Origin: an uncultured delta proteobacterium
GTDB lineage: Bacteria > Desulfobacterota > Binatia > UBA9968
Direction of reading: 5' to 3'
Assembly: GCA_963727625.1 (NCBI GenBank)
Contig: CAVSHR010000012.1
Location: 320,001-384,000 of the forward strand
DNA: 64,000 nucleotides
Under the pieces are notes generated by a model, which saw only the letters and a program-made list of their open reading frames with translations, searched no databases and had not been told where the DNA came from. The stretch's first letter is position 1, and each line of letters begins with the position of its first letter. Position numbers and translations under genes: made by a program. Below, piece after piece: positions 1 to 9,232 of this stretch.

Positions 1-810
1 GCTGCCGAGCAGCCAGCGGCCGATCCCCGACCGGCCGTGACTGCACATGGCGATCAAATTATGCTCGGTTCTGCGGGCGATATCGACGATCTCGCCGGCG
101 GGGTCGCCCTCCATGGCGGTGGCGACGACATTGTCGAGCCCTTCGGCGCGCAGTTGGTCGACCTTGCCGGCGAGGTAGAGCTCCGCTTCTTTTTGCATTT
201 CCTCGCGGTAAGGCGCCGAGCCCTGCGCGATCACGCCGTCGGCGACGACATAGGCGTTGGGCGGCAGCTCGTAGATCCGAATGAGCTGAACTTCCAATTT
301 CATCGACTTGGCTAAGGTTACGACCTGAGGCAAAACCTTTTCAGCGAGCCCCGAGCCATCCAGGGGCACGATCACCGTCGTGAATTTGACCGGAGTCGCC
401 GGATCGATGCCTTCCACCGGGCGAGCCAGCAACAACGGATTGACCGCTCTTTGAACCACCTTGCTCGTCACGCTGCCGAGCAACCACCGGCGCAAACCCG
501 ACATGCCATGGGTCGCCATCGCGATGAGGCAGCTCGGATCGGTTCGATTGCGCTCGACGATGATTTCCGCCGGTTCGCCGATCTCGACGTTCGATGTGGC
601 GCGAGGGGCGGTCGGAAAATATTTTTCACGAACTTCCTGCAAATACCGTTTGTCCGCCTGAGGCGGCCAGAACGGCGGACGCGCCTCCGGATCGGTCACC
701 GTGAACAGATCGACCGGAATGTTGTGCGCGGCGGCGAAGGCTTGCACCAATGGCAGAATTTGCTCCGCTAACTTGGAACCATCCAGTGGCACCGATATCT
801 TGCTAAACAT
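1..810 (-). CDS. Tandem-domain universal stress protein (3' end outside window; not in ORF track)
   Basis: Manual translation from ATG at 810: MFSKISVPLDGSKLAEQILP...IAMATHGMSGLRRWLLGSV...VIVPLDGSGLAEKVLP...IAMCSHGRSGIGRWLLGS; two USP domains, open to window edge. Confidence 0.92.
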   Translation of the reverse strand, partial: MFSKISVPLDGSKLAEQILPLVQAFAAAHNIPVDLFTVTDPEARPPFWPPQADKRYLQEVREKYFPTAPRATSNVEIGEPAEIIVERNRTDPSCLIAMATHGMSGLRRWLLGSVTSKVVQRAVNPLLLARPVEGIDPATPVKFTTVIVPLDGSGLAEKVLPQVVTLAKSMKLEVQLIRIYELPPNAYVVADGVIAQGSAPYREEMQKEAELYLAGKVDQLRAEGLDNVVATAMEGDPAGEIVDIARRTEHNLIAMCSHGRSGIGRWLLGS

Positions 811-840
811 CTTTCTATGCTCTCCCCCCCAGGCGCCGCC

Positions 841-1746
841 TCAAGCAGTCGCCCGAACTATCAAGACCGGATTGGCCGCGTGGCGCGCAACGGTTTCCGC
901 CACGCTGCCAAGCACCCACCGTTTTAATCCCGAGCGACCGTGCGAACACATCGCAATCAAAATATTCGGGCTCGTCCGGCCGAACTCGATGATCTCGTCC
1001 GCGCTCATTCCTTGCTTCGATGCAATGACAACTCTTTCCAGCCCCGCGGTCTCGAGAGCAGCGCGCTTTTCTTCGAGATATTGCCGCACCGCCGCTTCGA
1101 TCCCGGCGACCACGCGTTCCAGATCGGCACCGTAGGAGCCGCCGCCATCGTAAATGCCGTAGGGAATATGGAAGACCCGAAGCAGAGTAACTTCGAGGTC
1201 GAGCTTTTTGGCGAGATCGACGACGCTGGGCAGCACCGTTTCCGCGAGCGGCGAGCCGTCCAGGGGCACCACGATCGACTTGAGCGGGCCATGCTCCGGG
1301 CCCGGCGCATTTGCCGACGCCCGCACCAGCAGCAACGGATTGCTCGTGCCGCGGAGAATCTTCTCGGCCACGCTGCCGAGCAGCCAGCGGTTCAGTCCGG
1401 AACGGCCGTGCGTGGCCATGGCGATCAAGGTATCCTCCCCGACCGCCGCAGCCTCAATGATGGCGTTTTCCGCTTTACCCTTTTCGACGCGCCGGTGAAC
1501 CGCCGCCCCCGAAAAGCTCTTGGCGACTTCGGCCAAATATTCCCGGCGGCGGCGCGTCTCATCTTCGGCGAGCGTGTCGAGGAAAATATTCTCCGCAGCC
1601 GAGACATTGTGGGCCAACTCGACCAGGTCGATCACGGAGATCAATTCCACCGCCGCGCTCAAGCCCCCGGCAAGGGTGCGGGCGAGCGGCAGAACATGCT
1701 CGGCGGCTGGCGAACCATCGAGCGGAACTAAAATCTTCCGGTACAT
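841..1746 (-). CDS. Tandem-domain universal stress protein
   Basis: Two PLDGS motifs and two HGRSG..RW.LGSV motifs. Confidence 0.95.
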   Translation of the reverse strand: MYRKILVPLDGSPAAEHVLPLARTLAGGLSAAVELISVIDLVELAHNVSAAENIFLDTLAEDETRRRREYLAEVAKSFSGAAVHRRVEKGKAENAIIEAAAVGEDTLIAMATHGRSGLNRWLLGSVAEKILRGTSNPLLLVRASANAPGPEHGPLKSIVVPLDGSPLAETVLPSVVDLAKKLDLEVTLLRVFHIPYGIYDGGGSYGADLERVVAGIEAAVRQYLEEKRAALETAGLERVVIASKQGMSADEIIEFGRTSPNILIAMCSHGRSGLKRWVLGSVAETVARHAANPVLIVRATA

Positions 1747-1774
1747 AACCTCTCGTCCTCCGCATCCGGTGCGC

Positions 1775-2680
1775 TCAGCCGGCGCGCACCACCAGCACCG
1801 GATCGACAGTGTGGCGCACCACGGTTTCCGTCACGCTGCCGAGCACCCAGCGCTTTACGCCGGACCGGCCATGAGAGCACATGGCGATCAAGCCGTCCGG
1901 CGTCTTTCGTCCGAGCGCAATGATCTCGTCGCCGGCGAAACCTTCCGCGCTCACCGAAGTCACTTTTTCGACACCGAGCTTTTTGACCTCGGCCACTTTC
2001 TTCGCGAGGTATTCGTTGGCTTCGTCGCGCACGCTGGTGATCAGTTCGTCATAATTCACCGCGTAGTAACCGTCATCGCCGGCATAGGCGTTATAGGGAA
2101 TATGGTAGGAGCGGAACAGCAAGACTTCGAGGCCGAGCTTCTGCGCCATCGCGGCCACGACCGGCAGCACGCTTTCAGCCAGCTCCGAACCGTCCAGCGG
2201 CACGATCACGGATTTGAACGCCGCCTCTCCTTCCGCTTTGGCTTGCTCGGTGGCCCGGACCAGCAACAAGGGATTGGCCGCGCCACGCAGCACTTTTTCC
2301 GCCACGCTGCCCAACAAGAACCGGTTAAGCCCAGAGCGGCCATGGGTTGCCATGGCAATCAACCTGGACTTGTCCGCTTCACCATTTTCGATGATGGTGT
2401 CTTCGGCCCGCCCCTTTTCGACCGTGCACTCAACCTTGGCGCCACGAAACGTGCCGGCAATGGCGCGCAAATAGGTCTCACTGCTGCGCATGCCGTTTTC
2501 AATCATGGTATCGAGGAAACGCGCGTTTTCGGCGGAAATATGGGTCGCCATCTCGGCGATATCGACAACCGCCACCAACTCCACCGGGAGATTGAATTTG
2601 CCTGCCAGGTGGCGAGCGTAGGGCAGGACTTTTTCGGCCGTCTTGGAGCCGTCGAGCGGAATCAAAATTTTGCTATACAT
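1775..2680 (-). CDS. Tandem-domain universal stress protein
   Basis: Two USP domains; RBS AGGAG upstream. Confidence 0.95.
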   Translation of the reverse strand: MYSKILIPLDGSKTAEKVLPYARHLAGKFNLPVELVAVVDIAEMATHISAENARFLDTMIENGMRSSETYLRAIAGTFRGAKVECTVEKGRAEDTIIENGEADKSRLIAMATHGRSGLNRFLLGSVAEKVLRGAANPLLLVRATEQAKAEGEAAFKSVIVPLDGSELAESVLPVVAAMAQKLGLEVLLFRSYHIPYNAYAGDDGYYAVNYDELITSVRDEANEYLAKKVAEVKKLGVEKVTSVSAEGFAGDEIIALGRKTPDGLIAMCSHGRSGVKRWVLGSVTETVVRHTVDPVLVVRAG

Positions 2681-2743
2681 TGTTTTCTCCTGGTCTCCTG
2701 TGCGACCCCCTTGCTTGCCCTACGTCTTACCCGGTCGCTGTTC

Positions 2744-3241
2744 CTAATCGACCTTTACCTTGATTTCCTTGGCCTTAGCCTCTTCAGTCTTCGGCACCCG
2801 AACTTCCAGCACGCCATTCTTGAACGACGCTTTAACCTTGTCGCCGTGGACGTCTCTCGGCAGTTCGATCGCTCTCATGAACGATCCGTAGGAACGCTCT
2901 GAACGGTAATAATTTTTCTCCTTAACCTCTTCCTCTTTTTTCTTTTCACCTTTGATGGTCAGCGTGTGGTCGGTCAGGTTGACTTCGATATTCTCTTTCT
3001 CCATCCCCGGCAGTTCCGCCTTGACGACGATATCATCTTTCTCTTCGAATAGATCGACCGCCGGTACCCCTGCCTCCGTCTCGTCGGCTCTAAACCACCT
3101 GTCTGGCCACCACGGTCGCATTCTTCGGCCGAAGAAATCTTCCATCATTCGGTCCATGTCCCGTTCCCAGCGGCCGAGATCCATAACGGGCCGTCGCGGC
3201 TCAATCGCCTTTGTTTCCTTTTCTTTAGCTTTGTCTGCCAT
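2744..3241 (-). CDS. Hsp20/alpha-crystallin small heat-shock protein
   Basis: PAVDLFE..AELPG..ERSYGSF.R..LP..A.FKNGVLEV.VPK; RBS AAGGAGG. Confidence 0.96.
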   Translation of the reverse strand: MADKAKEKETKAIEPRRPVMDLGRWERDMDRMMEDFFGRRMRPWWPDRWFRADETEAGVPAVDLFEEKDDIVVKAELPGMEKENIEVNLTDHTLTIKGEKKKEEEVKEKNYYRSERSYGSFMRAIELPRDVHGDKVKASFKNGVLEVRVPKTEEAKAKEIKVKVD

Positions 3242-3294
3242 GGCTAATTCCTCCTTCGTAATGAATAGTTTTCAATCCCCCACCGAATGACTCC

Positions 3295-3309
3295 GCAATC
3301 AGTGTGCCA
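3295..3309 (-). promoter_or_regulatory. sigma54 promoter for hsp20-usp-usp-usp
   Basis: TGGCAC-ACTGA-TTGC, perfect -24/-12 consensus. Confidence 0.85.
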
Positions 3310-3348
3310 ATATTTTGTGTCGTTTTTTCTTTTTTCACACTGATCCGT

Positions 3349-3395
3349 TTCGCATTCTTGAAAAAATTTTCCCTCTGTTCTGTCAAATTTGCGAT
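3349..3395. promoter_or_regulatory. Paired palindromic activator boxes (putative bEBP UAS)
   Basis: TTCGCA-TTCT-TGAAAA (3349) and CTGTCA-AATT-TGCGAT (3380), 31 bp apart. Confidence 0.7.
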
Positions 3396-3465
3396 CTAAG
3401 ATTTTCGAGTTTCAGAACTTCAAACAAAAGCGCTGCTGTCAACGGCGTCGAATGACCGCGTCGGC

Positions 3466-3480
3466 TGGCACCTATCTTGC
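3466..3480 (+). promoter_or_regulatory. sigma54 promoter for the 2-oxoacid oxidoreductase operon
   Basis: TGGCAC-CTATC-TTGC, perfect consensus. Confidence 0.85.
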
Positions 3481-3511
3481 GCTTTCTATTAACCAGAGCA
3501 TGGAGATTGCC

Positions 3512-4408
3512 ATGATTGAAGTTCGCTTTCACGGCCGCGGTGGCCAGGGCGCAAAGCTCGCGAGCCGGATATTCGGGTGCGCCGGGTTTTTGTCCGGACT
3601 TCAAGCTCAAGACTTCGCCTTGTTCGGCGCCGAGCGCAGGGGCGCGCCGGTGGTTTCTTTCACCCGCTTGAGCGACGAAGCGATCGATCAGCGCGGCTAC
3701 GTGGAACATCCGGATCTGGTCGTCGTCATGGACGATTCGCTGCTGAAGGAAGCGCCTGGACAAGTCTTTCATGGCGTTGACGATAAAACACCGCTCTTCG
3801 TGAACGCCGATCCTGATCGCTTCGCAATTGATCTGAAGGATTTGCCTGCGGCAAAGTTCCTGTTCGTCGACCTGTCGGCGATTGCACGGAAACTGATCGG
3901 CGCTCCTGTGGTAAGCGCCGCCGCGGCCGCCATCGCCGCCAAATGCGTTCCGTCCATCAGTCTGTCGGCGCTCGAAAATGCCGTTAAAATCGAACTCGGC
4001 GAATTTAGGCTGGCGCCGAACTTGGTCGAAAGGAACCTGGCCGCGGCCGGGGCAGCGTACCAACGGACGCCGGCCGTCGATCTCGTTCCGGTAGTCAAAG
4101 CCGAGAGAGTTTCCGCGCCGTCATGGCAGGCCGTTCCCTATCTCGGCACTTCTCAGTTTGCCGGTCCGACGATCCGCCACCAGGGCAGCGCGGCCTTGCG
4201 CCAAACCGGCAACTGGCGCATCGAACAGCCGGTCATCGAGCTGGATAAATGCAAGCGCTGCTTTCTTTGCTACCTCTACTGTCCGGAAGCGGCGATGCGC
4301 TTGGACGCGGAGAATTTTCCCCATGTCGACTACGATCACTGCAAGGGCTGCATGATTTGCTACGAAGAGTGCCCGACCGATGCGATCAGCCGGAGGTTGG
4401 AGGTATAA
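3512..4408 (+). CDS. porC: 2-oxoacid:ferredoxin oxidoreductase gamma-delta fusion subunit
   Basis: MIEVRFHGRGGQG..FGAERRGAP (gamma) plus CKRCFLCYLYCP and CKGCMICYEECP 2x[4Fe-4S] (delta); GGAG RBS supports start 3512. Confidence 0.9.
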   Translation: MIEVRFHGRGGQGAKLASRIFGCAGFLSGLQAQDFALFGAERRGAPVVSFTRLSDEAIDQRGYVEHPDLVVVMDDSLLKEAPGQVFHGVDDKTPLFVNADPDRFAIDLKDLPAAKFLFVDLSAIARKLIGAPVVSAAAAAIAAKCVPSISLSALENAVKIELGEFRLAPNLVERNLAAAGAAYQRTPAVDLVPVVKAERVSAPSWQAVPYLGTSQFAGPTIRHQGSAALRQTGNWRIEQPVIELDKCKRCFLCYLYCPEAAMRLDAENFPHVDYDHCKGCMICYEECPTDAISRRLEV

Positions 4409-4450
4409 GGTGTGCCGGGAAAAGTATTGCGACGGTGCCAAAAATCGCGG

Positions 4451-4470
4451 GGGCGCAATTCATTGCGCCC
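4451..4470. repeat. REP-like palindrome
   Basis: GGGCGCAAT-TC-ATTGCGCCC perfect inverted repeat in the intergenic gap. Confidence 0.6.
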
Positions 4471-4480
4471 GAGGTGTGAC

Positions 4481-5725
4481 ATGACCCGCACGATGCTCAC
4501 CGGCAACGTGGCGGCAGCCTGGGGCGCCCGGCTTGCCGAAGTCGATTACATTCCGGCGTTCCCAATCACGCCGCAGACCGAGATCATCGAAATGCTGGCG
4601 CGCTGGTGCCGGAACGGCGAGATGGCGGCAAAATGGGTGATGATGGATTCGGAACACTCCATGCTTGCGGCGGCGGCCGGCGCAGCCGCCGCCGGCGTTC
4701 GGGTCTTCACCGCCACTTCGAGCCAGGGTTTCCTCTACGGTTTCGAAATGCTCTACGCGATCGCCGGGCTGCGACTGCCGCTGGTTTTGGTCAACGTATC
4801 GCGCGCGCTCGCCCATCCAATCACTCTCGAACCCGATCACAATGACGTGCTTTCAGGGCGCGATACCGGATTCCTCCAGTTTCACTGCGAGACCAGCCAG
4901 GAAGTGCTTGATTCTATCTTGATGGCCTACCGTTTGGCCGAACATCAAAAGGTTCTTCTACCGGTGATCGTCAACCTCGACGGTTTTTACTTGTCCTTTA
5001 CACGCGAGCCGGTCGAAATTCCGGAATTGGAAAAAGTGAAAGACTTTCTGCCCGTTTTTACTCCTGCGTCTCCGGTCCTTTCCGATAAAGAACCGGTCGC
5101 CCTGGGGGCTGCGGTGCTAGACTCGAGTTTGTACAGCTACTTCAAACATCAGATGCACCACGCCGCTGAAGCCGCCTTGGAAATCTATCCGCGGATCGCC
5201 GCCGACTTCGCCGAAAGATTTGGCCGGCGCTACAGCGCCATCGAAGAGTTCATGCTCGACGATGCCGAGTACGTCATCGTCATGACCAACTCGTTCGCCT
5301 CCATGGGCAAAGCAGAAGTCAAGCGACTGCGCCAACAGGGAAAGAAAATCGGCCTGGCGCGCTTGCGCATGATTCGGCCGTTCCCGCACGCGGCGCTGCA
5401 GCGCGTGCTCCATGGCCGCAGAGGCGTCGCGGTCATCGATCAGAATATTTCCGTCGGCAAAGGCGGTATTTTATTCAGCGAGATCGCCAGCGCGCTCTAT
5501 GCGCTCGCCGACCGGCCGCCCATCTTGCTTTCGTTTATCGGCGGGCTCGGCGGACGACGGTTTCGCGCCGGCGAATTCGATACCATGCTTCGGAAATTGG
5601 AAAATCCGACGGAAACCGCCGCCCAGATGGCGCGGCCACACCTGCTTTTCACCGGTGAAGAATGCCGCGAGGTCGGCCGGTTCTTCTCGATCGCCGGGAA
5701 AGGAGAAGCCAGCCATGAAACGTGA
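4481..5725 (+). CDS. porA: 2-oxoacid:ferredoxin oxidoreductase alpha subunit
   Basis: GNVAAA..FPITPQTEI..SEHS..TATSSQG..VNVSR; RBS GAGGTG. Confidence 0.93.
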   Translation: MTRTMLTGNVAAAWGARLAEVDYIPAFPITPQTEIIEMLARWCRNGEMAAKWVMMDSEHSMLAAAAGAAAAGVRVFTATSSQGFLYGFEMLYAIAGLRLPLVLVNVSRALAHPITLEPDHNDVLSGRDTGFLQFHCETSQEVLDSILMAYRLAEHQKVLLPVIVNLDGFYLSFTREPVEIPELEKVKDFLPVFTPASPVLSDKEPVALGAAVLDSSLYSYFKHQMHHAAEAALEIYPRIAADFAERFGRRYSAIEEFMLDDAEYVIVMTNSFASMGKAEVKRLRQQGKKIGLARLRMIRPFPHAALQRVLHGRRGVAVIDQNISVGKGGILFSEIASALYALADRPPILLSFIGGLGGRRFRAGEFDTMLRKLENPTETAAQMARPHLLFTGEECREVGRFFSIAGKGEASHET

Positions 5726-6731
5726 ACTCTACAAGAGCCTGCGCACGATCTCGCGCCAAGACCCGCTCGGACCGGGCGGCCCGCTGTGCGCCGGTTGCGG
5801 CGGCCAGTTGAGCCTGCGGCTGTTTCACAAGGCGCTGGGTGAAAACGTGATTTTCGTCAACGCGGCGGGCTGCTCGACGCTGCTAGCCACCTATCCTTTC
5901 ACGCCGCTCAACTCGTCGTGGATCTATACCGCGATGGGTTGCGCTCCGGCGGGCGCCCAGGGGGTCCGCGATGCGCTCGACATTCTCAAAGCCAAAGGCA
6001 AGCTGCCGCCGGAGCAAGATCGCAAAGTCGTCGTCCTCACCGGCGACGGCGCAGCCCAGGACATCGGCTTGCAGTCGACCATGGCGGCGATCTATCGCGG
6101 CTTGGATTTCTATTATCTCTGCTACGACAACGAAGCCTACGGCAACACCGGATTTCAAACTTCGGCGAGCACTCCGTACGGCTCGTGCACCTCGACCGAA
6201 CCGGTGACGCCCACCTCGCCGCACGGCAGTTTGCATGAGCGGCGCGATCTGTTTGAAATCTGGCGGGTACAGAGACCGCCCTACCTGGCGACGATCTCGG
6301 CGGCCGATCCGCTCGATCTTTCCGAAAAAGTTTATCGCGCTTCGAAGCATCCCGGGCCCAAGCTGTTCTTAGCTCTGGCGCCCTGCCCGCCCGGCTGGGA
6401 TTTCGACCCGGAATGGTCCGTCGCGGCCGCGCGTCTGGCGGTGAACACCGGCATCTGGCCGCTCAAAGAGGCGGTCCATGGCGAGGTCGCACACACGCGG
6501 GTCCCGCGCAAGTTCGAACCGGTGGAAAATTACTTAAAGCGCCAGGGCCGCTTCCGCCACCTCTTCGAACCGAAGCGCGACGAAGCAGCCATCGCGCATA
6601 TTCAAGCGACCGTAAATAGTTACTGGCAGGCTGCCCAGCGCGACGTTAAAGGGACGCACCACGAAGCTCACCCCCGCCTCTTTCCTCCCCCGCACGCGGG
6701 GGAGGATGAAGGAGGGAGCCCTTCGCGGTGA
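5715..6731 (+). CDS. porB: 2-oxoacid:ferredoxin oxidoreductase beta (TPP-binding) subunit
   Basis: CAGCG..AAGC..GDGAAQDIG..YDNEAYGNTG..PCPPGW; overlaps porA end. Confidence 0.93.
   Translation: MKRELYKSLRTISRQDPLGPGGPLCAGCGGQLSLRLFHKALGENVIFVNAAGCSTLLATYPFTPLNSSWIYTAMGCAPAGAQGVRDALDILKAKGKLPPEQDRKVVVLTGDGAAQDIGLQSTMAAIYRGLDFYYLCYDNEAYGNTGFQTSASTPYGSCTSTEPVTPTSPHGSLHERRDLFEIWRVQRPPYLATISAADPLDLSEKVYRASKHPGPKLFLALAPCPPGWDFDPEWSVAAARLAVNTGIWPLKEAVHGEVAHTRVPRKFEPVENYLKRQGRFRHLFEPKRDEAAIAHIQATVNSYWQAAQRDVKGTHHEAHPRLFPPPHAGEDEGGSPSR
6683..6706. repeat. REP-like palindrome inside the porB 3' end
   Basis: TCCTCCCCCGC-AC-GCGGGGGAGGA. Confidence 0.55.
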
Positions 6732-6793
6732 AAGTTTATTCTTTGTTGAGGTTCATGGGCGACAATGTTCGGTTGAATGCAAACGACTAGGAG

Positions 6794-7900
6794 ATGACGA
6801 TGGAAAACGTTTTTGACTTCGCCGACGAATTAGGCCCGAGCAAAATCGTCCACGTCTACGATCCGAAATACGGTTTGAAAGCCGTGGTCGCCGTCGACAA
6901 CGTGGCGCGCGGCCCGTCCATCGGCGGGGTCCGCATGGCGCCCGACGTGAGCGCCGAGGAAGCCTTTCGCTTGGCGCGCGCCATGACGATGAAAAACTCC
7001 GCTGCTAATTTGCCCCACGGCGGCGGCAAATCGGTGATCTTCGGCAACCCGAAAATCGATTTGGCGAGCAAGGAGCCGTTGATCCGTGCCTTCGCCCGCG
7101 CCATCCGCGACCTGGTGGAATATATTCCAGGCCCGGACATGGGCACCGACGAGCGCTGCATGGCATGGATCCAAGACGAGATCGGACGCGCTGTCGGCCT
7201 GCCGCCGGAGATCGGCGGCATCCCGCTCGACGAAATCGGCGCCACCGGCTTGGGCCTGAGAGCCAGCGTCGAAGCGGCGCTTAAATATTGCAGCTTCGAT
7301 CTCAAAGGCGCGCGCGTGGTGGTTCAGGGCTTCGGCTCGGTGGGAAAACACGCCGCCCGCTTTCTCGGCGAGCAAGGCACGGTCCTGGTCGCCGCCTGCG
7401 ACTCGCACGGAACGATTTACAATTCCAGAGGCATCGACCTCGTGCGGTTAATCGCGCTTAAAGACGCCGGCAAGAACGTAAGGGACTATCCGGAGGGAGA
7501 GAAACTCAGCGTCGACGCGGTCATCGATATCGACTGCGAGATCTGGATCCCCGCCGCCCGCCCGGATGTGATCCGCAAGGAAAATGTCGATCGATTGAAA
7601 ACCAAGCTGGTTCCTCAAGGCGCGAACATCCCCTTCACCCCGGAAGCCGAACGCATCCTGCACGAAAAAGGCATCCTCGTGCTGCCGGATTTCATCGCCA
7701 ACGCCGGCGGCGTGATCTGCGCCTCGGTGGAATACCATGGCGGCACCCAAGCTCAAGCCTTGCAAACCATCGAAGAAAAGATCCGCGCGAATACCGAAGA
7801 GGTGCTCGCCAACGCAAAAAAGAGCGGTTCGCTACCGCGTCAGGCTGCGGTGAAATTGGCGGAAACGAGGGTGAAAAAAGCAATGGCGTACCGACGTTAG
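6794..7900 (+). CDS. Glu/Leu/Phe/Val dehydrogenase
   Basis: GGVRM..AMTMKN..LPHGGGKS, GPDMGT, QGFGSVG, PDFIANAGGVI. Confidence 0.93.
   Translation: MTMENVFDFADELGPSKIVHVYDPKYGLKAVVAVDNVARGPSIGGVRMAPDVSAEEAFRLARAMTMKNSAANLPHGGGKSVIFGNPKIDLASKEPLIRAFARAIRDLVEYIPGPDMGTDERCMAWIQDEIGRAVGLPPEIGGIPLDEIGATGLGLRASVEAALKYCSFDLKGARVVVQGFGSVGKHAARFLGEQGTVLVAACDSHGTIYNSRGIDLVRLIALKDAGKNVRDYPEGEKLSVDAVIDIDCEIWIPAARPDVIRKENVDRLKTKLVPQGANIPFTPEAERILHEKGILVLPDFIANAGGVICASVEYHGGTQAQALQTIEEKIRANTEEVLANAKKSGSLPRQAAVKLAETRVKKAMAYRR
7696..7900 (+). repeat. Direct repeat copy 1 (dehydrogenase 3' end; copy 2 at 10062-10266)
   Basis: 7696-7839 matches 10062-10205 with one mismatch; the rest is diverged mostly at synonymous sites. 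Confidence 0.9.
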
Positions 7901-8057
7901 TCGTACCTATGCATTGCTGTTCAATGGATTGGCTCCGACACCCCACGCTAACCATTCGATGGCGGACATCCCTCGCTGATTCCGGGCCTGCAACCTGAAA
8001 AGCACGTGCCGCGCGCGCCAACTCAAACAATCCTTCCGGCACGATTTCATGGCTTCC

Positions 8058-9008
8058 TCATTTATTTTTCACCTGGCCAATTTTTTTAATGCCCGATAGT
8101 AAGCGATCCGGTGATCCCCAGTCGCTCCAAGTCACATCGCGCACGGGCAGAACCAAAAGCGCTTGCCGATATTCGAAAGGAAGAAATTCGAGAACCGATG
8201 TGGAAAAATTGATCGGACTTAACTCATGATAAACCGCCTCGAGCGCGCGCTGTTCGTCAGGCGTGCCGATAGCCTTCAGGAAAGGTTCAAAAGAGCGGTA
8301 AATTTTCGGCGTGGCACTCCGAAATACATTTATCAGGGTCGTAGCCTTGAAGACCATCACCAATGTGTTCCACAAGGCCCCTATGTTAATGATTTTCTTT
8401 GCCGCCTCTACCGCGGGTTTTTCCACAAACAACTCGACCTCTCTAGCAGAAGCGCCGTCGAGCCATTTGATTTCCTCTCCTGGAACAATGTAACCATATT
8501 CCGGTTCGGGCGCGTGGGGCTCTACTCCTAAAAGTACAATCCGCGAGCTGTCCTGCTCCACGACTCGAAATGCTCGGTCCACATGCCTAATAAAAAGGTC
8601 CTCTTCCAGGATGAAATGATCCGACGGAAAAACTGCCACAATCGCATCCGGATGGCGTCGGAGAAGATAGATCAAGGGGAGAAGAAGTCCGGGCACAGTA
8701 TCTTTGTTCTCGGGTTGAATCACCACGGTTTCCGGAGGTCTGGATCGGATTTGGCGGCCAACTTCACTAAATTGTAAATGTTCCTTGGCGATGACGACGT
8801 AAAGCCGCTTGGGTGGAATTAGCTTTTCTGCGCGGTGAAAAGTATGCTCCAGCATGGACCGTTTGCCAACGAAGTTGACGTATTGTTTGGGGAAGTCATG
8901 GCCCCGAAAGCGATACACAAAATCCCGCATTCGCGTACCGTTACCGGCCGATAAGACAATCCCGCAGCGAATTCCAGAAGGAGCTGGATCGTCCAATGTC
9001 GGACTCAT
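8058..9008 (-). CDS. Sugar-phosphate nucleotidyltransferase (mannose-1-P guanylyltransferase-like, no isomerase domain)
   Basis: IVLSAGNGTR..PKQY..QPENKDT..PSDHFI..YGYI..FVEKP..WN..WSDWGS; start could be 9110. Confidence 0.85.
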   Translation of the reverse strand: MSPTLDDPAPSGIRCGIVLSAGNGTRMRDFVYRFRGHDFPKQYVNFVGKRSMLEHTFHRAEKLIPPKRLYVVIAKEHLQFSEVGRQIRSRPPETVVIQPENKDTVPGLLLPLIYLLRRHPDAIVAVFPSDHFILEEDLFIRHVDRAFRVVEQDSSRIVLLGVEPHAPEPEYGYIVPGEEIKWLDGASAREVELFVEKPAVEAAKKIINIGALWNTLVMVFKATTLINVFRSATPKIYRSFEPFLKAIGTPDEQRALEAVYHELSPINFSTSVLEFLPFEYRQALLVLPVRDVTWSDWGSPDRLLSGIKKIGQVKNK

Positions 9009-9232
9009 GATGACCGCCTCTAATTTGACTCTTTTGCTAGCGTGCCAAAGCTTGGGCCGATATTTCTCTAAATTCGCCGTGCTTCTTCCCCAGCCTCGGC
9101 ATAACTTCATTAATCCAATTCGGATGCGCCTATCCGTTACCTGGGTTACGGACGCGTTCTTTTTTATTGACTATGAAAGTTATTTTAAAGGCGGCGAAAT
9201 TCTGCATCGTGCGTTTCACAAGGGGGGGAACA

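Noticed and set aside
1520-2902. 460-aa plus-strand ORF and similar long antisense ORFs (e.g. 11270-12451, 14222-15025, 44930-45820)
   Set aside because: Shadow frames opposite well-supported genes in GC-rich DNA; no recognisable motifs.
3389-3511. N-terminal extensions in the ORF track (porC from 3389, porB from 5412, mat from 53162, USP from 35666, boxB-like from 34341)
   Set aside because: They overlap promoters or upstream genes; downstream starts have an RBS and/or match where family homology begins.
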